From assembly GCA_037444405.1 (NCBI GenBank), contig JBBIML010000008.1, forward strand, positions 1-64,000: a stretch of 64,000 bases of DNA. The letters are read 5' to 3'. A model generated the notes under the pieces. It saw nothing but the letters and a program-made list of their open reading frames with translations. It was not told the DNA's origin and made no database searches. Of this stretch, positions 1 to 9,200 are shown in pieces. The DNA is from Armatimonadota bacterium (GTDB taxonomy: Bacteria > Armatimonadota > Fimbriimonadia > Fimbriimonadales > GBS-DC). Each line of letters opens with the position of its first letter. Within the stretch, counting starts at the first letter, position 1. The translations under genes were made by a program, and so were the position numbers.

Positions 1-8
1 TGGCGAAG

Positions 9-305
9 GTGCGCCGAACCTGGGCGCAGGGCACAGTTGGCAAGGCGATAGCGGTGCTGTTGGCGGTGGCGATGGTGCTGCCCGCCTTTGCGACGGTTCC
101 TTCTGGGCTGGTTTCTGTGCGCGGGGGAGGTGTAAATAGTGTCAACAATTGTGACAAACTGTTTTGCTTCGTGGCACGCTACTTAACCGCCTCTTTGCTA
201 CTTGCTTGCCTGACAACCCAGGACCCAATTAACCAAGATCCAATCAACCAAAAACCGCTTCTGTTTCCACCCGCGCCGCTTGGTTCAGGTACACCTTATC
301 CGTGA
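9..305 (+). CDS. N-terminal (signal-peptide-bearing) segment of the RHS protein, separated from 312..3500 by one in-frame TGA
   Basis: Basic N-terminus, hydrophobic stretch and AFA site (KAIAVLLAVAMVLPAFA); same frame as 312..3500; reads GGT ACA CCT TAT CCG TGA CAA GGC GTG. The true start could lie before the window edge. Confidence 0.6.
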   Translation: MRRTWAQGTVGKAIAVLLAVAMVLPAFATVPSGLVSVRGGGVNSVNNCDKLFCFVARYLTASLLLACLTTQDPINQDPINQKPLLFPPAPLGSGTPYP

Positions 306-311
306 CAAGGC

Positions 312-3300
312 GTGTTTCGTGTGCCTTATGGTTTGGTTAACCCTGCCAATGGTAACCTGATGCTTACTTTTACCCTTACTGGGTGGAGCGGTAAAGGTCC
401 TGAGGTCGAGTTTAATCTTTATTATAATAGTCAGGACACGCGCAGCACGGTGCTTGGTATTGGTTGGCGCCATAGCTTTCTTGTTGCTGTTGAGGAAGCA
501 GGTAGCGCTAACTATCTTGGTACCACCTATCGTCGCGTACGCGTACATGAATCTGACGGGCGTTTACATGAGTTTTATTGGAAAGAGACAATCAGCGGTT
601 TAGGGCAGGCAATGCGTGGGGTAGATGATGCCTTGGAGAAGCTCAGTGATGGGAGATATCGTCTTATACGCCACAATCAAACAAAATGGTATTTCGATGT
701 TACAGGCAAATTGACAGAGATTCGGGATTTACAAAATCACGCGCTAATACTTACTTACAACTCGGATGGTACTTTGCAACAAGTGCGCGATTCGGTCGGG
801 CGCACTCTGCAATTCGGCTACGAAAACGGACGACTGCGTACCATTGTAGATCCGTTGCAGCGTGTGTGGACACTGCACTATAATGTCGAGGGACGTTTGG
901 AGCGAATTGAGTTGCCTCCCTTAGAATATGAGGGAGTGGTGGAGGCGCAAGGAGCCAGCTTCACTTTTGGGTACACAAATGGCAAACTGAGCCAGATTAC
1001 CAGTCCGATGGGGCGTACGGTCAGCTTCAGTTACAATGGCAACGAATGGATTGGCTTTGAAGAATCGGGTGGGGCGAGAGGAGGGATTCCAACAGGCGGC
1101 TGCAATCCATCCGGTAGTTTCACACGAGTAGTGACCTATGAGGCAGGAGGGAATCGCTTCACATATGTCTATGACACCTACGGGCGGTTAGTCATGCTGT
1201 TCGATGGGGCGTGTCGAGCAACGGTATTCGGTTGGGACAATACCACTTTCCGTATGCTTTGGGGACGCTCACCCAGCGGAGCAGAGTGGCGCTATCTGTA
1301 CGATTCGCGAGGCAATGTGAGAGAAGTCACTGATCCGGCGGGACGCAAGTTGCGCTTGGGCTGGAATCATCTGAATCTGCTGGAGTGGGTGCGCGACGAT
1401 TTGACGCCTGCAGGGTTTGATCGCTTGCGCTACATCTACGACGAGGCAGGTCAAGGACTTCTGCGATGGGTGAAGCAGCTGCGGGGTGTCCCCTATCGTA
1501 ACGAGGCGCCCAGTTATGCTGAAACAGAGTATGTTTGGCAAGATGGATTGCTCTGGAAAGTAAAAGATGCGCGCATGAAATGGGCGGCAGAGTACAGCTA
1601 TGATAGCTGGGGTCAGCTCACCAGCATGACAGATGCACTGGGCTACACGGATCGAAGCGAAAGAAACATTCTCGGCTGGGTGGAGCGCGGGATTGATGCA
1701 AAACAACAACAGATTGTGTATCGCTATGATAGTTGGGGACGGCTGCGCAGGAAGGAGTTGCCGAATGGACAAGTGGTAGAATATAGTTACAACTTGGATG
1801 GTCAGCTAACAGAGATGCATGATGCCACCGGTACGACACGCTGGATTTATGAAGAGCAGTCTGGCTTGCTACAAGAGGAACAAACACCGCGAGGTGTTGT
1901 CAGATATGCTTATTATACAGATACAGGTCAACTGCAAACAATAGAGTTGCCTAACAATCAGATTGTGAATTATACCTATATAGCTGGTACAGGTCAACTG
2001 GATAAGGTGTATCGGAATGGCGTATTAGTAGCCGATTATGAATATGACGATTATGGGCGTTTGTGGCGGGTGGATCGTCCTTTAGAAGGTGAAGGAATAG
2101 TTATTGAGCGCACTGAATACCAGTATCGTCGGGTGAACAATCGGGAGACAGATGAGCTAGAGCAGACGCGCCTGGTGCGTGTCGATCTCGCTAGGAATCA
2201 AGAAACAGAGTATCGTCGGGAGATCTATGTCTATGACGCCTTAGGGCGCGTTCAGCAGGTACAGGAGTATTGGAATGGGAGTTGGTATTCAACAGTAGAA
2301 TATACTTATGACTATCAAGGACAGTTAGTAAGGGAGGTGCGTAGCGGTGTCAATGGCTATCAGGTAGAATACTGGTACGACGCGGTCGGCAATCGCTTGC
2401 GGCGCATGCGCACAGTTGCTGGACAAACAACAACTGACATACTGAGCTACGATGATGCAAACCGTGTGGAGAGTCTGAATGGGGCAGCATGGCAGCACGA
2501 CGCCAATGGGAATGTGGTGGTAAGGGTGGTTAATGGAGTGGAGTGGCGACTCGAGTATGACGCTGAAGATAATGTTATGGCGATAAAGCGGAGCGGAGCG
2601 CTGGTGGGGCGATACTCTTATGATGGGTTAGGGCGACTGGTGCAGGAGGTATCTGCAAGTGAAACCGTGTCCTACTTGTATGCAGGTGATGTAGTGGTTG
2701 CAGAGCAAGTGAATGGCGAATGGGTGCCGCTAATTTATGGACTGTCGCTGTTGCAGCACGGCGCAGAAAACCAGCACTGGAGTTGGCGTGGCGATTTAGT
2801 CGCTACAAGTGCATGGTCAGACCCAGCGCAAGCACCGGTCAAGGCACCTGTAACGGATGCTTTTGGAGATACTATATCTGGTTTTCGGAAGCTGTATGAT
2901 TGGAATGGTTCGTGGTTGTACAGGAATGAGTTAGTGGAACTGGGCGGACTGGTGAAAGCTGGACAACGATGGTATGATCCTGCGGTGGGGAGATTTTTGC
3001 AGCGCGACTTCTTCTCTGATCCTTCGGAACCATTAAGTTTCAATTTGTATCTATATTGCTTAAACAATCCCGTTATTGGAGTAGATGAAAGTGGAGAATG
3101 GCCGAAGTGGATAAAAGATTTATGGAATAAGTTTAAGAGCTGGATTGGATTGGGTGGAAGCAGTAGTGGCAGTGGTGGTAGCATGAGCGGGGGTTCTGGT
3201 GGTTCAGCTCCTGGCGCAGGGGGCGGCGGTGGCACTGGTAACAGTCCTGGTGGTAGTGGAGGCAGTGGGAATGGTAATACAATAGTGGTTCAACCAGGAT

Positions 3301-3500
3301 CAGGTACAACAGTTGTCATTAACGGCAACAATAATACTGTTATCATTACACCTCCCAGCAATCCCAATCCTCCAGAAGACAAAAAGCCTAAGCCGAGTAA
3401 ACCAAGCAAGCCAAAGAGACCGAAGAAGCCGAGTCCTAGGCGGGATGGGTGCTGCTGCGGCTGCCATTGCTGCAGAGGGCGTACGCAAGGGTCAAGATAG
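312..3500 (+). CDS. RHS/YD-repeat protein with DUF6531-like N-terminal region, RHS core and low-complexity C-terminal tip
   Basis: VNPANGNL...YYNS...LGIGWRHSF; many YD repeats (YDSRGN, YDSWGR, YDALGR); core [14 protein letters not shown]...YCLNNPVIGVDESG. Confidence 0.92.
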   Translation: MFRVPYGLVNPANGNLMLTFTLTGWSGKGPEVEFNLYYNSQDTRSTVLGIGWRHSFLVAVEEAGSANYLGTTYRRVRVHESDGRLHEFYWKETISGLGQAMRGVDDALEKLSDGRYRLIRHNQTKWYFDVTGKLTEIRDLQNHALILTYNSDGTLQQVRDSVGRTLQFGYENGRLRTIVDPLQRVWTLHYNVEGRLERIELPPLEYEGVVEAQGASFTFGYTNGKLSQITSPMGRTVSFSYNGNEWIGFEESGGARGGIPTGGCNPSGSFTRVVTYEAGGNRFTYVYDTYGRLVMLFDGACRATVFGWDNTTFRMLWGRSPSGAEWRYLYDSRGNVREVTDPAGRKLRLGWNHLNLLEWVRDDLTPAGFDRLRYIYDEAGQGLLRWVKQLRGVPYRNEAPSYAETEYVWQDGLLWKVKDARMKWAAEYSYDSWGQLTSMTDALGYTDRSERNILGWVERGIDAKQQQIVYRYDSWGRLRRKELPNGQVVEYSYNLDGQLTEMHDATGTTRWIYEEQSGLLQEEQTPRGVVRYAYYTDTGQLQTIELPNNQIVNYTYIAGTGQLDKVYRNGVLVADYEYDDYGRLWRVDRPLEGEGIVIERTEYQYRRVNNRETDELEQTRLVRVDLARNQETEYRREIYVYDALGRVQQVQEYWNGSWYSTVEYTYDYQGQLVREVRSGVNGYQVEYWYDAVGNRLRRMRTVAGQTTTDILSYDDANRVESLNGAAWQHDANGNVVVRVVNGVEWRLEYDAEDNVMAIKRSGALVGRYSYDGLGRLVQEVSASETVSYLYAGDVVVAEQVNGEWVPLIYGLSLLQHGAENQHWSWRGDLVATSAWSDPAQAPVKAPVTDAFGDTISGFRKLYDWNGSWLYRNELVELGGLVKAGQRWYDPAVGRFLQRDFFSDPSEPLSFNLYLYCLNNPVIGVDESGEWPKWIKDLWNKFKSWIGLGGSSSGSGGSMSGGSGGSAPGAGGGGGTGNSPGGSGGSGNGNTIVVQPGSGTTVVINGNNNTVIITPPSNPNPPEDKKPKPSKPSKPKRPKKPSPRRDGCCCGCHCCRGRTQGSR

Positions 3501-3514
3501 GAAGGGTGAAAATT

Positions 3515-4498
3515 ATGACTAACAGTCGTCGACGATACTGGTTGGCTGGATGTATAGCTGGTATATTAGTAAGCAGTTTATGGTTGTTTATGATTTTTAT
3601 TGACATTTTGTTCAACAAAAATTATACAAAATATATTTATCAAAATAAACATTCTGTAATAATTCCTATCAGGATAGTTAATGGAATGCTTTTGACGCCA
3701 GTGCAGATTGGGGCAAGGAAGGGCTGGATGATTTTTGACACAGGTAATCCATTTACTATAGTGTTCAGCGATCGCTTGCCAGCCGCTGCTCCGCTTACAG
3801 TCACGAGTAAAGTCGAAACGGTAACATTCCCGTTTTGGGAAACAACTGTTGCTGCGCGTGTTGGAGTACTTGAACATCTCTATGTCGGCAATCTAATGAT
3901 AAAGAATTTAGAAATAAAAACAATAGATATAAATAAAATTGGTAAAAATATTTCATCTGTTTCTGATGATAATATTATTGGTATTTTAGGAATGAATCTG
4001 TTTGATAAAAACAAATTAATATTATCAAAAGATTATATAGCATTAGACAATTCTTCAGATGATTATCATAAATACTCATCAAGAATTAATTTTAATATAA
4101 ATAGAAATTTATTTATTCAATTTAAAATTAAGATAGGCGATCGCCCTACGAACATGTTTGAGGCAGACGCTGTGCTGGATACTGGGATGGGATACAATTT
4201 GCCTGCAATTATATTGCATCCCAAGCTTATGAAACGCTTTCGAAAGCAACCTGAGCAAATATATGTTGAACTGGCTCGCCATCGCATTAGACTTCAACAA
4301 TATGGCATACAAGCCAAAGATTTCTATCCCTCCGAGGTCATGATCAGCACACGCATATTGGCGCATTATAAAGTTATCATCAACTATCCAGAGAGATGGA
4401 TTGCTCTGGAACCAATATCGCAGCCAAACGAATCATTAGAAGTTCCAATTAAGCCAAACTCTAATGATGATGGTTGCGGAGCATGCTGCAAGAATTAA
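3515..4498 (+). CDS. Membrane-anchored retropepsin-like aspartyl protease with two DTG lobes
   Basis: N-terminal TM segment, MIFDTG, IIGILGMN and AVLDTG; ATG at 3515 after GAAGGGTG; strongly AT-rich. Confidence 0.8.
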   Translation: MTNSRRRYWLAGCIAGILVSSLWLFMIFIDILFNKNYTKYIYQNKHSVIIPIRIVNGMLLTPVQIGARKGWMIFDTGNPFTIVFSDRLPAAAPLTVTSKVETVTFPFWETTVAARVGVLEHLYVGNLMIKNLEIKTIDINKIGKNISSVSDDNIIGILGMNLFDKNKLILSKDYIALDNSSDDYHKYSSRINFNINRNLFIQFKIKIGDRPTNMFEADAVLDTGMGYNLPAIILHPKLMKRFRKQPEQIYVELARHRIRLQQYGIQAKDFYPSEVMISTRILAHYKVIINYPERWIALEPISQPNESLEVPIKPNSNDDGCGACCKN

Positions 4499-5965
4499 CG
4501 GGATGGCTTTGGGCGATTGTGGCGGGTGCGGTATGGCAATGGCACGGTGGTGGAGTATGGGTATGATGGGGCGGATCGGGTGCGGAGCGAGACCTACCAG
4601 GTGGGCAGCACGCCCTATCGGGCAGTGGCGTATGAGCGGGATGGGTTAGGGCGGCTCTGGCGCAAGCACGAATATGTGTGGCAGGGGAGCCGTCGGCAGT
4701 GGCAGGCGACGGTGGAGTATACTTACGACCATCAGGGTCAGCTGGTTGGGGAGGCGCGGACGGGTCAGAACGCTTATACGATAGCGTATGGGTATGACAA
4801 GGTGGGCAACCGATTGGCGCGCACGCGCACAGTGAACGGGCAGAGTTTCACGGATGCGCTGGTGTATAACGAGGCGAACCAGTTGGTGTCGTGGAATGGT
4901 CAGAGTTGGGAGTATGATTTGGATGGGAATGTGGTGGTTCGTCGGGTGTTGCGGGCGGATAATCAGGTGGAGGAGTGGCAGTTGGGTTATGATGCGGAGG
5001 GGAACCTGGTGAGTTTACAGAAGCAGGGTGATGTGGGTTGGGTGTATGAGTATGATGGTTTGGGTCGTCGGGTGCGTTCGGTGCGTGGCACGCTGGAGGT
5101 GGCGTATCTCTATTCAGGAGATGCGCTTGTTGCCGAGCGAGTGAATGGGGAGTGGGTATATTATGGGTACGGTGGTGCGATGTACGCCCAATCGTCTGGC
5201 ACAGGGATAGAGTATAAACACTGGTCTTGGCGTGGGGACCTGATGGCGAAGTCGGGCGCCAGTGGAGGGTACTTGCCTGCGCCTCTTACCGATGCGTTTG
5301 GCGACACGGTAAGCGGCGTGCGGGAGGCTTACGACTGGAACGGGGCGTGGGGTTATCGGAACGAGGCGTTCACAGGCGGGTTGCAGAAGGTGGGCGTGCG
5401 CTGGTATGACCCTGCGGTAGGGCGGTTTTTGCAGCTGGATCCGTGGTTGGGGTCTATCTATGCGCCGAGAACGCTGAACGGGTATGGGTATTGCGTGAAT
5501 GACCCTGTGCAGTGTGTGGATCCGAGTGGAAAACAGCCGGGCGTCAGGTATAAATCGGCAGATCAAGCCGCTAAGGAAGCCATAAGGAACTCCGCTGGAT
5601 ATTCAAACGCTGCAGGACGTGAAGTTGGAGGGTGGATATATCGAAACCCTGACGGTACATATTCGTATGATATGACATATGGAACAGTGAACGAGGTAGA
5701 TCTTGGCACTCCAGAGCCACCTAAGGGTGGTAATCTAGCCGGTAGCTGGCATGTACATCCATATGACCCGCGATATGAGGGTGAAATCTTTTCCCCTGCT
5801 GATAAAGCAAGCGACAATCAGTGGTTTACGGCATGTATTTTGGCAGGTATTTTGTTCGGTAATGTTTACCTTTACGAAGGAGGATATTTGGGTACTCCTT
5901 CAGGGGTAATAAAGAAGTACGATCCTTCAACTGGCAAGGAGACAAATATAGGGCGATGGAGATGA
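4499..5965 (+). CDS. Orphan (N-truncated) RHS module 1 with DUF4329/JAB-like C-terminal domain
   Basis: Begins mid YD repeat ([10 protein letters not shown]) with no good start; core ends [12 protein letters not shown]; tip has [13 protein letters not shown] and FSPAD. Confidence 0.85.
   Translation, partial: RDGFGRLWRVRYGNGTVVEYGYDGADRVRSETYQVGSTPYRAVAYERDGLGRLWRKHEYVWQGSRRQWQATVEYTYDHQGQLVGEARTGQNAYTIAYGYDKVGNRLARTRTVNGQSFTDALVYNEANQLVSWNGQSWEYDLDGNVVVRRVLRADNQVEEWQLGYDAEGNLVSLQKQGDVGWVYEYDGLGRRVRSVRGTLEVAYLYSGDALVAERVNGEWVYYGYGGAMYAQSSGTGIEYKHWSWRGDLMAKSGASGGYLPAPLTDAFGDTVSGVREAYDWNGAWGYRNEAFTGGLQKVGVRWYDPAVGRFLQLDPWLGSIYAPRTLNGYGYCVNDPVQCVDPSGKQPGVRYKSADQAAKEAIRNSAGYSNAAGREVGGWIYRNPDGTYSYDMTYGTVNEVDLGTPEPPKGGNLAGSWHVHPYDPRYEGEIFSPADKASDNQWFTACILAGILFGNVYLYEGGYLGTPSGVIKKYDPSTGKETNIGRWR
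5291..5460 (+). repeat. RHS-core direct repeat, copy 1 (copy 2 at 6997..7166; diverged copy from about 8711)
   Basis: 170 bp with 2 mismatches by eye; 5315..5460 is identical to 7021..7166. Confidence 0.9.
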
Positions 5966-6876
5966 AGAACATGAAAAGGCAGCTACCTAAAGTTGCAGTA
6001 AGAACAATATGGCGGAGCGAGATAGGTGAGAAGCCTTTTCAGTTCTCTCCTAATTTTTGGAGCATGAAAGATGGTCCGGGAAACTGCTTTATTGGCTGCC
6101 CACCCCATCTGCTTTTCTTTGCGAATAATTCCCAGCCAAACCAAGCATATTTGATAAAAGTAAATCTTCGTAATCAAAAGCCATCGGTGATATATCAGAC
6201 AGAAGGGTATATCGAAGGTGTTACCTTTAATTTGAAAGCACAAAAGCTTCTGCTCATTACATCGAATAGGTTGACCGACGAAGGAAATCTCATCATCCTT
6301 ACCCCAGAGGGTCGTCTTTTGTATTGGGTAGCTATCGGTGAACGAATCGAAGGGCGCACAATACTTAGGGTGCCTGCTGCACCACCGCTTTGGGTACGGC
6401 TGTTGGATAACCTAACCCTGTTGGTTTACTCCTATGGCGGGAGGGATAGCTTATTTGCCTTCTCGTTGCAGGGACATCTCAAGCGAGAGTGGCAGGGAGT
6501 AACGGGGGTCGCCTTTGACCAAGAGAAAAAACGGCTCTATGTGAGTGGTCAGGTGAGCGGAACAGGGATCCATCTGGTAAGGCTGCCAAAAGATATGAAA
6601 AGTTCTACTTGGCGTTTGGTAGGTGCGGATCAGCACACACACTTTTACTGGTATCGGGGAACAGATAGCCATACGTGGTTGGCGTGTACGGATAGTCACC
6701 AGGCACGCTGGATTATTCCTTTTAGCGGTGCAGGTGGGGTTTTGGAGAAGTCGGGGCTTTCGCTAAGTTTTGGCTTGGGATGGGGAGGTGATCTGCTAGA
6801 AGTGTTTCCCGACGGGCGGATATGGTTTTCTAGTGCTTTGCTAGGCGTTTACGAGCTTAGGGTGCTGGATAGATAG
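5962..6876 (+). CDS. Putative immunity protein, beta-rich (propeller-like)
   Basis: ATGA overlap with the toxin stop; close paralog of 7670..8590 ([35 protein letters not shown]). Confidence 0.6.
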   Translation: MKNMKRQLPKVAVRTIWRSEIGEKPFQFSPNFWSMKDGPGNCFIGCPPHLLFFANNSQPNQAYLIKVNLRNQKPSVIYQTEGYIEGVTFNLKAQKLLLITSNRLTDEGNLIILTPEGRLLYWVAIGERIEGRTILRVPAAPPLWVRLLDNLTLLVYSYGGRDSLFAFSLQGHLKREWQGVTGVAFDQEKKRLYVSGQVSGTGIHLVRLPKDMKSSTWRLVGADQHTHFYWYRGTDSHTWLACTDSHQARWIIPFSGAGGVLEKSGLSLSFGLGWGGDLLEVFPDGRIWFSSALLGVYELRVLDR

Positions 6877-6885
6877 GGTGCGGCG

Positions 6886-7662
6886 ATGTATCAGCAGGTA
6901 GCAGATAGTCAGGTGGAGTATAGGCACTGGAGCTGGCGGGGGGACTTAGCTGCGAAGTCCACTACCAGCGGCGCGTATCAGCCTGCGCCCGTCACGGATG
7001 CGTTTGGCGACACGGTCAGTGGCGTGCGGGAGGCTTACGACTGGAACGGGGCGTGGGGTTATCGGAACGAGGCGTTCACAGGCGGGTTGCAGAAGGTGGG
7101 CGTGCGCTGGTATGACCCTGCGGTAGGGCGGTTTTTGCAGCTGGATCCGTGGTTGGGGTCTATCTACCAGCCGCTGACGCTGAATGGGTATGGGTACTGT
7201 GTGAATGATCCTGTTCAGCTGGTGGATCCGAGTGGATATATCCCTGGAGTCAAATATAGATCAGCCGACGAAGCCGCCGCAAAAGCAATTCGTGATGCGG
7301 GAGGCTTCTCTGATGCCGCAAAACGAGAGGTGGGAGGATGGATCTATCGAAATCCAGATGGTACATACTCGCATGATATCATCATGGGTGAGAAGACAAG
7401 TATACCGAGAGAAAGGATTCCGAATCCGCCACCGGGAGCTGTCGGTTTTTGGCACACGCATCCTTATGTGCCGGGATATGACGGAGAGAATTTTTCGAAT
7501 GTGGGGGGCGATAAAGACTTCGCCCGAGAGTGCCGTAGCAGGCTTTCGTCCTTTGGTGGGATCTATGTAGGCACTCCTTCGGGAATCATAAAGAAGTTCG
7601 ACCCCTCTTCTGGAAATGAAACAGTTATTGGGCGCTGGAGATATGACGGTCCTTGGTTGTGA
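6886..7662 (+). CDS. Orphan RHS module 2: core plus DUF4329/JAB-like tip
   Basis: [25 protein letters not shown]; tip [18 protein letters not shown]. Confidence 0.85.
   Translation: MYQQVADSQVEYRHWSWRGDLAAKSTTSGAYQPAPVTDAFGDTVSGVREAYDWNGAWGYRNEAFTGGLQKVGVRWYDPAVGRFLQLDPWLGSIYQPLTLNGYGYCVNDPVQLVDPSGYIPGVKYRSADEAAAKAIRDAGGFSDAAKREVGGWIYRNPDGTYSHDIIMGEKTSIPRERIPNPPPGAVGFWHTHPYVPGYDGENFSNVGGDKDFARECRSRLSSFGGIYVGTPSGIIKKFDPSSGNETVIGRWRYDGPWL
6997..7166 (+). repeat. RHS-core direct repeat, copy 2
   Basis: Near-identical to 5291..5460. Confidence 0.9.
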
Positions 7663-7669
7663 GGGAATC

Positions 7670-8590
7670 ATGTCAGAGAAGCAGCCGAAAACGGTTATAC
7701 GAACCGTTTGGCAAGGAGAAGCGGGGAGGATGTCTCACCGTGTTTATATAGAGATCGACGGTGTGGGTACCTGCTTCACAGCGATTCGGAACACTCTTTA
7801 CTTCGCCACCCGTTCCCTGCGCCCTGAACAGGCATACCTACTAAAAATTGACTTGTCGACTCAAAAAACATCGGTTATCTACCAGACAAACGGCTCCATT
7901 AGAGGTGTCACTCATGGAAGTGCGTCGAAACTTCTGCTGATAGTTTCCCATGAGTCAGGCGACAGGCTTGTGATACTTTCTCCAGAGGGGCGTCGTTTGC
8001 AAGAGACGGCTATTGGGGAGCGAAGAGAAGGGAGCAAAGCCCTGTGGGTTCCCGCCGCGCCACCGCTCTGGATGCGATGGCTGGATGAACAGACCTTGCT
8101 GGTTTATTCCTATGGTGGTCGGGGTGACCTGCTTGCTTTTTCGCTGCAGGGGCAGCTCAAGCGGAAATGGCAGGGGGTAACAGGGGTTGCTTTTGATTCT
8201 GAAAAAAGGCGGCTCTATGTGAGTGGGGAAGTGAGCGGCTCAAGCTTTCAGAAAGTGAAACCGCCGAAAGATATGAAAAGCCCTGCATGGCGTTTGGTAG
8301 GTGTGGACAGTCAAACACACTTTTACTGGTATCGGCAATCAGAAAGTCTCCGCTCGTGGTTGGCGTGTGCAGATAGTCATCAGACCCGATGGATAATTCC
8401 CCTTAGTGGGTCGGGTGGGGTGCTGGAGCGGTTTGATTCGTCGCTAAGTTTCGGTTTGGGGTGGGGAGGAGATACGCTGGAAGTGTTTCCAGACGGGCGA
8501 ATATGGTTGTCTGCCGCTCGCAGCTTGGATACTGAAGAGATGTTTGTGCGGCAGCCCGGGGTGTATGAGCTGAGAATATTGGACAAGTAG
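7670..8590 (+). CDS. Putative immunity protein, paralog of 5962..6876
   Basis: Immediately follows the toxin tip; many motifs shared with the first copy; alternative start at 7643. Confidence 0.6.
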   Translation: MSEKQPKTVIRTVWQGEAGRMSHRVYIEIDGVGTCFTAIRNTLYFATRSLRPEQAYLLKIDLSTQKTSVIYQTNGSIRGVTHGSASKLLLIVSHESGDRLVILSPEGRRLQETAIGERREGSKALWVPAAPPLWMRWLDEQTLLVYSYGGRGDLLAFSLQGQLKRKWQGVTGVAFDSEKRRLYVSGEVSGSSFQKVKPPKDMKSPAWRLVGVDSQTHFYWYRQSESLRSWLACADSHQTRWIIPLSGSGGVLERFDSSLSFGLGWGGDTLEVFPDGRIWLSAARSLDTEEMFVRQPGVYELRILDK

Positions 8591-8599
8591 AATGCAGCG

Positions 8600-9121
8600 A
8601 TGTACCAGCAGGTCAGCAGCACAGGAACCGAGTATCAGCACTGGAGCTGGCGGGGGTATCTGATGGCGAAGCCCACTGCCAGTGGCGCGTACCTGCCTGC
8701 GCCTCTCACGGACGCCTTTGGCGATACCGCGAACGGCGCACGGGAGACTAATGACCGGAATGGCGCGTGGGGTTATCGGAACGAGGCGCTCACGGGCGGT
8801 TTGCAGAAGGTAGGCGTGCGCTGGTACGACCCTGCGGTAGGGCGGTTTTTGCAGGTAGATCCGTGGCTGGGGTCGCTTTATGCGCCCCTGACGCTGAATG
8901 GGTATGGGTATTGTGTGAATGACCCCATTCAGATGGTTGATGCAACAGGCGGGATCCCACTAATTGTCGCAATAGGGATTGGCATCATAGCAGGATTGGT
9001 TATAGACGAAATCTTAGAGCGAGTAGGAGGAAACGTGCTGCCCGAGGGTAAGCCAGGAGCTCCTCACGGGATAGGTGGAGCAGCAGCTGTCTTGCGCAAA
9101 ATCCAGACGATGGGATTTTGA
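8600..9121 (+). pseudogene. Orphan RHS module 3: degenerate core plus short hydrophobic tip, possibly frameshifted
   Basis: Core motifs present but eroded (RGYL, ETNDRNG versus EAYDWNG); tip [17 protein letters not shown]; no immunity gene follows. Confidence 0.6.
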
Positions 9122-9200
9122 TTGTAGAGGATCCATATTCATCACCTTCGGATCTCTGGCTTCAGCGTTATTATCCTCCAGCAGGTATGATTATACTGCG

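Noticed and set aside
121..130. G-run in the RHS leader as a phase-variation tract
   Set aside because: Only five consecutive G and the frame is intact.
219..251. QDPIN tandem duplication
   Set aside because: Two imperfect 15-bp units in a linker; no evidence of function.
303..305. TGA as selenocysteine or an alternative genetic code
   Set aside because: The context fits Trp rather than a redox Cys, I see no convincing SECIS hairpin, and TGA terminates many intact genes here.
5291..8930. RHS core repeats as a CRISPR array or DGR template/variable pair
   Set aside because: The repeats are long and coding, with no spacer periodicity, no adenine-specific mismatches and no cas or reverse transcriptase gene.
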